From contig NC_092347.1 of the NCBI RefSeq assembly GCF_963676685.1, forward strand, positions 34,348,001 to 34,412,000: a stretch of 64,000 bases of DNA, read 5' to 3'. A program made the translations under genes and the position numbers. This stretch comes from Mytilus edulis. Its lineage: Eukaryota. Below, piece after piece: positions 53,169-64,000 of the stretch (position 1 is the first letter of the stretch; every line of letters begins with the position of its first letter). The notes beneath the pieces are model-generated. The model worked only from the letters and a program-made list of their open reading frames with translations, was not told the DNA's origin and searched no databases.

Positions 53169-54733
53169 TGTTAATAAACTAAATAAATCAGATTATAAGG
53201 CATTCATAGTTAAGCTGATCTAGGCTGTCTTATCTTTCAATATATGGAAGAAAATTTGTCCATATTAACAAGTGCATTCCCAGAAATAAGACAATTTATG
53301 TCACTCAGTTAAAGCAACATCACAGGGAGGTGTTATTATATGAAAATCCTCTTGCATGACCAGTGCAGGGGGAAATTGAAATTAAAGTTTCCTTTTTTGC
53401 TGAATGGTAATTCAAATAAGTAACTGAGCAACATATTTTATCGTCAAAACTTAACCCATACATACCAGTCAGAATTTTTATTTTACTACCAGGGTACTGC
53501 TTGCTTGATCATGGATCCATTATGTTTCAACTGACTTTGGCATTCAGTCTCATCCTAGGATTGGTACAAAATAGGCTAGGTGTGTTTTAGTTATAATTGT
53601 CATTGGATTGATGTATGATCCAGGTTAACCCCTGCAGGATAACTTTTGATGTATGATTCAGGTTACCCCCTGCAAGATAACTTTTGATGTATTCCCCACA
53701 TTTCCATTATTCATAACGAAGTAACAAATGTGAGGATACCAATGACAAAAGGAAAATAGTACAGAAATAAAAAAACTCTTCCTTTTATTACAATTATCAA
53801 TGCTAGATTCTGATAATTGAGTTAGAGAAATGCTTTGGGAAAAAATACGGCAATTAAGGTCAAGATAACCAAGTTACAAAGATAAGACTAAATGATATTT
53901 AAAGAATATTTTGATTTGAAAAGAAATTATCTGTAACAAATTGCTAATCTGGTGAATTAGGGAACTAAATCAAACAGACTATATTATAAAATCACTTAGA
54001 TTTGTTGCTTTACCCTGCTTGGACACATTATTCTGACTCCAATCTGTGTTCTTAATCTTAGAAGACAATGGATTGGAGGAGAATCTGTAAATATCAATTT
54101 TAAAAGTCTTTAATTTTACCAGTCCATGATTGAACCCCTTCTACCATACTTCAGGATTCTTATATCAACATGACATGTTTCAGAGTTGTAACAACAGTCA
54201 AAATATAACTTTATAACATTTTATTTAACATCTTTCAATATACAAAATAATGCAGAAAATGAAGGAACTTTTAAACAAAAAAACAGTATTTATTATTAAC
54301 ACTGTTATATTGAAAATAACAAATTACAAATAAGTTGCATATCGTTGAAAAATGTTCATACAGTAATGAAATGACAAATTTCTCCAACTACAAAGCAGTC
54401 TGGATTAAAGATGCTAGGTCAAATGAAAATGTGTATTTTTAAAACAAAGGTATATTTTATTATTTGAGTTGTATTGCATATATAAGGAGTTTACTGGAAA
54501 AATGTGAAAGTCTGCTGATGCTTAACACTTCAAACAATACACTGTCATTTAACAGATCCACTTCCAATGTACAAATTATTGTAAATACCCAGTACCCATA
54601 TCAAAGTAGAAAGTAATAATTCAAAAATTCATTGCACTTGATCTTTTTTTCTGTTCTAAAACCACTTGCACCATCGCTGAAAAACATCAAGCCTACAAAA
54701 AATTCATGACAAAAACTTGTTATATACAATATA

Positions 54734-55082
54734 TCATTCTGTACATCTTTGTCTCTTTGCTGCTGGCTTCTTCTTAGATTTTCGTTTTCCCCTTTTTCTT
54801 TTTGTTCCTTTCTGTTTTCTCTTTCCTTTTCCCTTAAGCTGTTGTTTTTCAAATCTTTTCTTAGCTTTGTCAAACTGAGTTTTAAACCCCTCATTATCAG
54901 ACTGTTTCCAGATTGGTACAAATGATCGAATTGGAGAATTCTGAAGCTCTTCTAAAGTCCAACCCCCTGGTAACTGATTCTCTTTATTTGTAACCTTGTG
55001 GTTAGGTGGAGTTTTAGCTGGGGACCAGTCATATTCATCACTGTATGAAGATTCTTCAGAACTACTTGTTGATTGATTGGCC
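54734..55082 (-). CDS. UIMC1: BRCA1-A complex subunit RAP80-like, terminal coding exon
   Basis: Acceptor CTATTTCAG| (phase 2); contains LQNSPIRSFVPIW..FKTQF plus a basic tail, resembling the RAP80 C-terminal SPIKSFV motif; full join(-): >64000..63102, 61126..61047, 60358..60268, 59500..59378, 58742..58685, 57419..57202, 56425..56386, 55082..54734 with consistent phases. Confidence 0.82.
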
Positions 55083-55609
55083 CTGAAATAGAATGGTATG
55101 CAGGCATTATAACAATGTACTTTTTCAAGATAAAAAAAACCCAAATAATGGCTTTTATGCATGGTTATTTTACCTAAATTCTTCATGATACTATAAATAA
55201 TTTAAGCATTACATGATTGTCCAATCATTCTTCATGAAACTATAAATGTTTAAAGCATAATATGATCGTCCAATCATTAAGATAGTCTCATAAGTTGGGA
55301 TTTGAGTACTCAGAGAAGAAGTTGTATATTAACCGATTTAAAGACATTTTTTTTTTGCACCTCCATAATTTGTCCATTAAGCAAAATTTGTGGTTTTGTT
55401 GAATTCTATTTATAGACATTTCACAAGGTTTGAATATATTTGCCCATTGCAGTAGGCAACTACTGATCTCCAGAAGTCTTTTTTTGGCATACTTGATCAT
55501 TGCCTAATATCTTTTTAACAGATTATCAGAAATCAGATTTCATTCCATTTAAATATTTGTGCATCAGTGTAAATACCCTAATATCAAAATATAAGAAGCT
55601 AATAATGTA

Positions 55610-56086
55610 CAGTCGACTCTCGTTATCTCGAAGTCAGCCGGACTAGAGAAAAATTTCGAGATACACATAGTTCAACTCAAACGAAAACCGGAAGTTTGAC
55701 AGAACATTTTTCAATTAAATTAAAACATTCTTTTTCTTATAAAAGATAATCTTAGGTAAACACTCGTGGAAATAGCATGTCATAAATCAATACAGTGGTC
55801 AGTGACTGGAAATTTAATTACACGTGTATTGTCAGATTAACTCTTCAATCCATTTAAATGCTGGAGGTCATGTTTTGACATATGTGTACTAGTTCGAGAT
55901 AAATAATGAATTTTTAATGCTTTTGTTAACCTTGGGATCGTAAATTTAGTTTGACTCAACCGCAATTTCGACTCATCAGGAGTCGAATTACATACATTTA
56001 TATGGAACAAATTTCAGGACCACATGAAAACTTCGACTCATCTGAAATTTCGAGTCAACCGAGTTCGAAACAATGAGAGTTAACTG
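55610..56086. mobile_element. Tc1/mariner-pogo-type MITE in intron
   Basis: TA|CAGTCGACTCTCGTTATCTCGAA ... TTCGAAACAATGAGAGTTAACTG|TA. Confidence 0.8.
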
Positions 56087-56385
56087 TACTTCTAGAAATT
56101 CTTGCCCTTAAATTTTAAATGACTCTCCCAACAAGCAAAAGACTTGGGTTTCATTCAAACTATGCAATAAATTTGACTCTAAGCAGCCAAAGAAAATTTG
56201 TGTATTCTAACCCAGGACTAATTTAAAGTTTGCTTATCATAACCCATACTATTACCATGTGAGTATGCTTATTTTACAGGTGCAATGAATGTCTTGTCAG
56301 ATTTTTTTTCTTTTTTAAGCTTTTATATTCTTATCTTTTAAAGTTCAGCTAATTAGCTATTTTACATTTCAATACAACTACTTAC

Positions 56386-56425
56386 TTTATAACATCTCTG
56401 AGAGTAACTTTCTCTTCATCACTGC
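56386..56425 (-). CDS. UIMC1: RAP80-like internal exon (40 nt)
   Basis: ATTACAG| ... |GTAAGT; GSDEEKVTLRDVIK; phase 1 to phase 2. Confidence 0.72.
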
Positions 56426-57006
56426 CTGTAATGATAGGGATAAAATTGTCAAAGTAAAAACAAAGAAAAGTCATTTCTCAAAAGTACTCATCAAATCACT
56501 CAATATATTATTAAATGAAGAAAAAAGCTACTACAAGTTAATACATACTAATGTATAATAAAAAAAAATGTCCATAAGAAATACAACACACTGCAAAAAA
56601 AAAAGTAATTATTTTCAGAGCAAGTTATGTAAATCAACAGACATACAACTGTAATCTTTTTCTTTCCATAAAACTCTTCCCCGTCTATTTTTTCTTATCA
56701 TTTTGGTGAATTTGGTCAGGTGGTTTCATAGATGGGGAACATTGACAACAGATTGAGTGTCAAAACCATCATTTATTAATGGGAAACTCTTATTTCTAGA
56801 AGTACTCAACCGATTGCTTTTGAAAATTAGTAGCTGACCATTTGCAAACTTTCGCTATATAAGGGTTCTTCCATGAAAACATATATTTTGGATGGATGTC
56901 AAATACTTATTTGTACAGTAAAGAAGTTAGTGAAATTATAAATTGCGTCTATAAGTGTTTTTCACCATTTCAAAAGTGCCTTCAAAACAGGTTTACCATG
57001 TATGTT

Positions 57007-57122
57007 CAGTGGCGGATCCAGGGGTTGGAACCCCCCATTTTTTTGGGCGATCAATGCATTTGAATGGAGACATGTAGTTGGAACCCACCACCCATTTTAT
57101 TAAATGGCTGGAATCGCCCCTG
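57007..57122. mobile_element. ~120-bp mini-MITE with CAGKGGCG termini and 5-bp TSD; relatives at 3746-3888, 28233-28375, 32846-32943, 47701-47783
   Basis: ATGTT|CAGTGGCGGATCC ... AATCGCCCCTG|ATGTT; the 32846 copy is flanked by AGATT/AGATT. Confidence 0.75.
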
Positions 57123-57201
57123 ATGTTATTTTTCTGAAAAATCTCTGATAACTGACAATTAATTGTGAACCACCACCGTTTAAAATTTGAATATTTTGAA
57201 C

Positions 57202-57419
57202 CTGATGAGTACCCTTCATTTGGCTCCGTTGTCCGTGCTGATCTGGTCGCACGTTTGCGAGGTGAGATCTCCCCAGGTTCTAATATAGAATCCATTCCTC
57301 TTGTTTCAATCTCATGCTGCATCTGTGTAGCTTCATCCAAACATTTCTCCACATGCTGTTCCAACATTTTCTTATTTCTAAATGACTTGTCACAAATATA
57401 GCATTCCATACTAAAAGAC
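57202..57419 (-). CDS. UIMC1: RAP80-like exon with second UBZ-type zinc finger
   Basis: Acceptor TTTATAG|; CYICDKSFRNKKMLEQHVEKCLDE (C2HC); donor CAG|GTTCAA chosen for phase compatibility, so the 3' boundary is less certain. Confidence 0.82.
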
Positions 57420-57527
57420 CTATAAATGATAAGCTAGCATTTTAATTTTCAAGTTTTCCCAATTTTTTTTTTAAGATGCATCTAAAACTCACAAAGCTGT
57501 ATCAAGAGAGACTCAATAAGATCAATA

Positions 57528-58425
57528 CAGTCGAACCTCGTTGTGTCGAACTCGGTTGTGTCGAAAACTCAGATGAGTAGAAGTAATTTCTCGGTAAAAT
57601 TCCTGTTTGCTCAATGCATAATTATCTCTGATGAGTCGAACTCGGTTGATTCGAATACTCGGTTAAGTCGAGTAAATTTTATAGTCCCGTCAAAGTAAAA
57701 TTAATGTAAATTGACCCCAATGTCTCGAACTTCGAAAGTAAGAATTGTCAAAAGATGCAGACCTAATGATAAAAATTTAAGTCGGATGTATTTCTCATGT
57801 CAACTAATCATTTTCAAAAGAGATTAAAGCTGAGTAAACATACTTGTTTGTATAACAGTTAAAATGACATGTTTATGGTGACCGCTAATTAACACCTTTA
57901 TTGATCGTTCAAGCTGAATGTTAGTGTGTTGAACATTTTGCACCCGAGATAAAAACAAAACGAATTTAAATGACACAAGCCAAGATTAAATGAATTGTGA
58001 GATTTAAAACTCATTAATTACTATAGATAAAAGGATTAGGACAATTATAATAAATTCATGATAATTTAATGTAAAGCAGACGGCCTCATCAGAGACCGTT
58101 CAGAACTTGTTTCGTGCCGCGAATGATTTCATAATTTATAGCGACTGACCTTTGTAAATATTTGTGTAGACTATTGATTTTATGTGTGCATGATTTGTAT
58201 CTGTACTTGGGTTTTTAATTATTACGAAGGACCAAAAATGGAGATTGAATACACAATTATAAAGTGTCATATAGAAAAAAAAAGGCACAGTGTTCATTGT
58301 ATCTAGTTTACACAAATCTCATACCGTATTTCATGCATTCAAAATTTATGACGACACACTCGACCTCGGATGAGTCGAATACTTTGGTCCGATCCCTTCG
58401 ACTTTAACACAACGAGGTTCGACTG
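57528..58425. mobile_element. Tc1/mariner-pogo-type MITE in intron
   Basis: TA|CAGTCGAACCTCGTTGTGT ... ACACAACGAGGTTCGACTG|TA, perfect 19-bp TIR. Confidence 0.88.
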
Positions 58426-58684
58426 TATATAATTTGCCTCCTTTCAGTAACTAGCAACATCTGAAGTGGTTATTTTCTTCTTTTTCAACAAGTCTTAACT
58501 TAAGACGAAGAATACTGTTTACATTAATTAAAAGTGTGTAAATTTCAACTAAAAGTTTTACTGGAGAGCAACACTCTGAACATAGATTATGAATTTTAAC
58601 CAATATTACTAAAATATTAGACTTTGCTGACTCTGTTAAAAAACATGTTAATCTTTTAACAGAACTGAACATTAAAATACTTAC

Positions 58685-58742
58685 TTTCTTGGACTTTCTT
58701 CTTCACTTTCTACATCTTCAACAATGAAATCTGCATCTTGAT
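58685..58742 (-). CDS. UIMC1: RAP80-like internal exon (58 nt)
   Basis: TATTTCAG| ... |GTAAGT; DQDADFIVEDVESEEESPRK. Confidence 0.78.
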
Positions 58743-59377
58743 CTGAAATATGAAAACTTGTAAACAAATTGTCTTAAATATCGTCTCTGAGCTCCAACAT
58801 AACATACTGATTTTCTGAACTTTTCACCAGATTTAATAACAAACAGCTAAATGAAAACTTTTATGAATGAAGTTAGACTAAAATACAAATAGGAATAAGA
58901 ATATGTAGCCTTTTAACTCTTATCACATTCAAATATGCTCCTCTAAGCAAGGACATGAATACTCCTTAAAAAATGTCTGTACAATTTCAATGTCCATGAA
59001 CATTTTCTATAGTTTAAGGGTCTTTGTTCAGGCAAAAGTGATAATCAAACCAGATCTGAAGTCATCAATATACACTATGACATCCAAATATGATCACTAT
59101 CACCAAGTACAAAGTCAGAATAACTGTACAGAATGACGGAAAAATACAAGAACAGGCATAGGTAAAACTGTTTGCCTTAGAACGCAACTGACAGGCATAC
59201 AAATTTATCATCATTTTAAAATTTTTATCGAGTCTTGTTTTAAGAATTAATTGAGCAATTTATTTTTCCAGTATGATACTGTAAGATGACAAGAATCTAA
59301 TATAAAACATTTTGTACAATGTTAAAACTATTTCTCTCTTTTTATGATTGAAGTCATTGCAAGACTGTAAAGTATAC

Positions 59378-59500
59378 CTTGTTTCTTGCTTGCTCTTCCT
59401 TGCCCATGTCTTTGGACACCTGATGTAGATTGCTCTAAGTTTCTACCAGCTTGTATCTCTTGTATTTGAACACTATCTGTGGATTCTCTCGAGTTGTCAT
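59378..59500 (-). CDS. UIMC1: RAP80-like internal exon (123 nt)
   Basis: CTTTTAG| ... AAG|GTATAC; DDNSRESTDSVQIQEIQAGRNLEQSTSGVQRHGQGRASKKQ; symmetric phase 1. Confidence 0.75.
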
Positions 59501-59584
59501 CTAAAAGCATGACGTTGAGACACAATAAAAGATCAATGAAATATGAGGCAAGCACACATGATGGGTTGACATTCTCAGTTTTAA

Positions 59585-59674
59585 AATTATACAAGTTTTT
59601 TAATATTATACAAGTTTTTTAATATTATACAAGTTTTTTAATATTATACAAGTTTTTTAATATTATACAAGTTT
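59585..59674 (+). repeat. ~19-20-bp tandem repeat (4-5 copies)
   Basis: AATATTATACAAGTTTTTT repeated. Confidence 0.85.
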
Positions 59675-59859
59675 AACATCAGATCCAAGTTGACTTTCCA
59701 TTACAGAAATAAATATAAAATATCAAGAAGGAGAATCTTTTACAAATATGAAGTTAAACCTGTCTTTTAAACATATTGCAAATGAATATTTAGGAATTGT
59801 AGATTAAACAGAAAGTATAAACAAAATTTCCAGCTAGTTTAAGAACAAAATATATTCAT

Positions 59860-60135
59860 AACAAGAATGTTTCAATAGTTCACGGATTACCTTCCCACTC
59901 GCATTATCATTTTCTATGTTCAGTGGAAATTGGGGTGAAAACTCCAATTTGGCATTAAATTTAGAACAGATCATATCATAGAAAACATGTGTACTAAGTT
60001 TCAAGTTGATTGGACTTCAACTTCATCAAAAACTACCTTGACCAAAAACTAAACATGAAGAGGGACAGACAGACGGACGAACGAACTACTTATGCAATAA
60101 CCAAAAATATAATGCCTATAAATGGGGCATAAAAA
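59860..60135 (-). mobile_element. Helentron-associated (HINE-like) short element
   Basis: Ends GGGGCATAAAAA after a (GACA/GACG/GAAC)n microsatellite; collinear with 61245-62738 once that copy's insertion is removed. Confidence 0.65.
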
Positions 60136-60267
60136 TCCTGTTACAGGGATCATCAGACACAAAGGTAGGAATTTATATAGATTAGCCATGGGATATATTA
60201 TCAATTAAATCTATTTAATACATTCAAACAATGTACTTTTTAAAAGAAGAACTGGCAGTTAACATAC

Positions 60268-60358
60268 CATCCACAGGACCATTACAATCTGCAGCATGGT
60301 TTTCTATCTGATCCTGAGGAAATTGTTTGTTACACAGAGGACACGGTACTGTTATTAT
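60268..60358 (-). CDS. UIMC1: RAP80-like exon with first UBZ-type zinc finger
   Basis: TTTTGTAG| IITVPCPLCNKQFPQDQIENHAADCNGPVD |GTATGT; matches the RAP80 pattern V.CPLC...FP...IE.HA..CNG; missed by the ORF track. Confidence 0.88.
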
Positions 60359-61046
60359 CTACAAAATGATTAATCTATTGAAGCAAACATGTTATATAAC
60401 TTTTCTGTACAAAGTGCATTTGCAGGACACTGAGGATATAGTTTCAACTGTGAGTTTAATGTTGAGAACCCTTATCAAAAACATAGTACAAATAAATAAG
60501 GTAAAATCTCCTCTTTCATTTTAATACCTAAAATGCATATTTTCTTAAATCTTTTAAAATGTTTAAAACGACTGTTAACCTGTTCATCTGACAAAAATAT
60601 ATCACTTTTCATATTACATTATTACAATAAAATAACAGATAAATATTTATGTAATTTCAACAGTTTGATGTAACTTAATTAAGATTGAAATTAATTTCTA
60701 CTAGGCGTCTGCCTGCAGACCGTTCTTTGTATTCCCCTGCTTCATGGGATATAACCATTCATCACAACAAAGCCGATACGATTAGACATGTTTTACAGTT
60801 AAAAATGTTGTCTTGGTTATGTGACTTTATCTAATGTTTATATTCAAAGTATTGATTTTGGTGATATTTATAAAATTCTGACAATTTTTTGTCAACATGA
60901 TATATATCCTAATGTGCAATTAAAATCAGCACATGGCACTGTCGTGTGGGTATTAAATTTGAACTTTTTAATTGATGTTATGAGGCTGAGGTTATGTGTA
61001 TAGAGTTGGGTAGTCTATGGGTATAAGATATTGTAGAAGAACTTAC

Positions 61047-61126
61047 TTTTGGTTGTTTATTTGGTTCAGTCTCTTCATTAGTTAATTGTCTCTTTCTTCC
61101 TTGCTTCTTGCTGTAAGTTCTGATAC
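61047..61126 (-). CDS. UIMC1: RAP80-like internal exon (80 nt)
   Basis: GTTTTAG| GIRTYSKKQGRKRQLTNEETEPNKQPK |GTAAGT; phase 1 to phase 0. Confidence 0.8.
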
Positions 61127-61334
61127 CTAAAACAATCATCAAAATGTACACTATTCATTTTTAAAAAACTTTAGCTCTCTTCTTACAAACATACCATTCT
61201 AATATTTGTCCAGTCACCTTTGTCTGGATTATACTTTTAGGTAAAACAATAATGTGTCCCAAGTACACGGATGCCCAATCTGCACTATCATTTTCTATGT
61301 TCAGTGGACTATGAAAATGGGGTAAAAACTCTTA

Positions 61335-62546
61335 CCGTAGATACTCGCCTATTAGTCGATCCGACTATAAGTCGGATGCCCTTTTCAGCTCCAAATTCTG
61401 AGGATTTAGTCTTGACCCTCGTATAAGTCGGACAAAATTTGGACATTTTTTTTGCAGCTGACAGTTACTGAACGCCGGTAAAACCAATGCAAATCCAGGA
61501 ATTATATTCATTTTCTGCATGAATGTTTGTTTGGTTTGAATTTAGTTGATGTTGATTATGATAATTTATATAGCTGCTAATAATAAAGATGTATTTATTC
61601 CTGTTGTTTTGTTCACTGTTTGATTACAGATTAGCCATGTGTTGTTTACGTAATGCATCAATGATTTTGTAGGGTATGACTAACAACCTATTGTTTTAGA
61701 AAAGCAAACATAAACCAATATGAACCTGAAAAAATTTAAAGTCAATCAATATTTTTCACAGCATACATAACTCAGTGTTAAAAGAGCATGTACACTTCAT
61801 AATTCTTATCATATTGTGATGATTAAAGGATTAAAAAAATTAATTGAAGCTAATCAACTATATATTGAAATAACTTCCATCTCATTAGTGTCATCTGTTC
61901 ACCTATCACTGATATTTTTCACACCTTTAGTGAATACAACTCTTTGTCTCTTAATTAGGGGTTATCAATGGATTATATTGGCTTGCCAATCAATTTTGTA
62001 ATCTTTTTGTTTACCAGAGACATTTTAATGAATAATATTTTGATCTTGGGAATGAATCTTAAAATTATTTTTGATTATTGTATGATTTATAAGTATTAAA
62101 TTGATATCATGATATCACAATAATGACACAATAACTCCGCTGAATACATCCTTTTACATAGTTGGTACATTGTTATCTCGTTTTCATTTTTGGTTCTTGG
62201 CTCTTTCTTTTGGGTTTATGCACAAACCATTTGACCATGAAAATCAATACACAAACCGGAAACAGTCGAAAATTCAACACAAATTGACAGAAAAAAAGAT
62301 AACAAAGAACAAATAAAACACAAAGACAGTATTGTGGTCATTTATTTTCAACACAAACTTTGTATTCAAGGATTTATGTAGGTTTGGCAATCACCAACGT
62401 AGTTTTGAACAGGAAATTCACTCCTGACCACTTTTCTCAAGCTTGGATTTTTCCTCTGGTCTCGGGATCTCGCTTATAAGTCGGTACCCCTCTCTGGATT
62501 CTGAATTTTACTCCCAAACTTTCGACTTATAAGCGAGTATCTCTGG
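61335..62546. mobile_element. TA-flanked Tc1/mariner-pogo-like non-autonomous element nested in a HINE-like element (61245-62738)
   Basis: TA|CCGTAGATACTCGCCTATTAGTCG ... CGACTTATAAGCGAGTATCTCTGG|TA; host element resumes on both sides. Confidence 0.75.
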
Positions 62547-63101
62547 TACTTTGGCATTAAAACTAGAAAGATCATATCATAGGGAACATGTTAACTAAGT
62601 TTCAAGTTGATCGGACTTCAACTTCATCAAAAACTAACTTGAACAAAAACTTTAACCTGAAACGGGACAAACAGACAAACAGACGAATGGAGGCACAGAC
62701 CAGAAAACATAATAATGCCCATATTTATGGGCATAAAAATTGGAAATTTAATTTTACTTTTTTTATAAATTGAATCAGCTAAGATATTAAATACATTTTA
62801 AATTCTTAGTATCATGTATATCTGCATATAAATATTCCCCTTATATAATGCTAGGGAAGTGGTTTTTTTTCCTGAACTGCTATGCTATGCTGTATTACTA
62901 GGTTACATGTACTGTAAAAAATTTACCAATGAGACCTAAAAAAATACCTGTGTTTCTTCTAACCCTTCCTACCTTATAGATTTCTTTGCTTATTTTTTAA
63001 CAAGCACACTTGAAGTCCAACGGCTTCTTATTTTTAAACCAGACAAAAATGTTAGCAGAAACACAAGTATTGTTTTTCAGGACTAATAAAAGCTAAGTTA
63101 C

Positions 63102-64000
63102 CTCCTGTCTTCATATTGATCTGTTGTATATCATCCACTGTAACATCACTGGTCGGTTGGAATCTGTGTGTTTCTGTATCTAAGTCTTCGTCATCACCAA
63201 AAGATTTATTCCTGATATGTGAACCTTGAGGATCATCGTCATTCTTAATTTTACTACTTGAACTTTTATTGCCTGACCCTAGCTTGAACAAGTCACTCAT
63301 ATGTCCAAACATTCTTGACTTGAGGGTTGACTGCTGCCCTACAGGCTCTACATTCTTCACAGTGCTCTGCGATGGATGGATTACTATTATTTTTGCGGTC
63401 TTTGTCTTGCCAATCTGTTTTTGACTTACTTGACTAGTACTATCCTCCTTTTGTTTTGGTAAGATTGGTCTGAAATTTGATTGTGTAGAAGTGCTTTCAA
63501 CATTGCGAGAAATATTTTGTGAGAGTGTTGCCCTTTCAAGGTTTGATCCGTTTCTTGAATTCTGTGATAGATACTGAACACTGTCATCATCAACTGTATC
63601 CAAATTAAAACTGGACTTACTGACTGGTACCCTAGCTCGTTTTTCTATCATAGAACATAACTGTGTTGAGTACAATTGTCCGTCTGCATCTAATAGCACA
63701 TCTGATTTTTGACTGAGGCCACCAAGGGATAATTCAGGAGATCTACTTAAGGCTTGGTCAGGATTTAACAAATTGTTCATGTCGTCCGACTTGAAACTTT
63801 CCACACTACCTGTGCTTAAGTCACTAGCATGCCTCTTAAGTGATCCTCGTGTAGCTTTCTTTACATTTGTTGTCGGGTCACTGATATTTGACTTATTCCT
63901 TGAACTTTTAGTTTCCAGCTTTTCTGGCACTTCACTATTTCCTTCATTATTCTGCTTTTTTAATTTCATGTTTCTTTTACCTTTTCCAACAAATTTATCA
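63102..64000 (-). CDS. UIMC1: RAP80-like large Ser/Lys/Asp-rich disordered exon (continues beyond window)
   Basis: Frame open from the window edge; low-complexity protein with several SQ/TQ sites; phase-1 donor GAG|GTAACT at 63102/63101 joins the 61126 exon. Confidence 0.75.

Noticed and set aside
144-62773. The many 60-120 aa ORFs in the ORF track
   Set aside because: No recognisable domains; most are antisense or alternate-frame to real exons, or lie in repeats, as expected by chance
62948-63101. Extension of the large RAP80 exon to the CAG|GTATTT donor at 62948
   Set aside because: All frames across 63101-62948 hit stops (e.g. TAA at 63052), so the donor at 63102 is preferred

Overview
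AT-rich eukaryotic genomic DNA with spliceosomal GT-AG introns and dense repeats. Gene content and repeat style are consistent with a bivalve mollusc (Mytilus-like), which is inference, not proof. Four host genes can be reconstructed by hand: (1) a single-coding-exon alpha-1,3-fucosyltransferase (18180-19346, +); (2) a two-exon secreted globular-head C1q-domain gene (46400->38951, -) carrying one in-frame TAG; (3) a three-exon gene for a 61-aa secreted Tyr/Arg-rich peptide with TATA box and polyA signal (about 49913-51950, +); (4) the last seven coding exons of a UIMC1/RAP80-like gene with two UBZ-type zinc fingers (>64000->54734, -). The rest is largely transposon-derived: decayed LINE and Penelope fragments, a tRNA-derived SINE, Helitron and Helentron-type non-autonomous elements, many TIR elements with readable target-site duplications (hAT with 5-bp and 8-bp TSDs, TTAA Kolobok-like, TA Tc1/pogo-like, CACTA-like, Harbinger-like, a 2.3-kb IS3EU-like foldback) and minisatellites. 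The most unusual object is a 788-bp element present as a head-to-tail dimer (41808-43383). It inserted without a TSD, carries an internal inverted copy of its own end-to-end junction, and contains a tRNA-like Pol III cassette. No CRISPR, rRNA or bona fide tRNA was seen.
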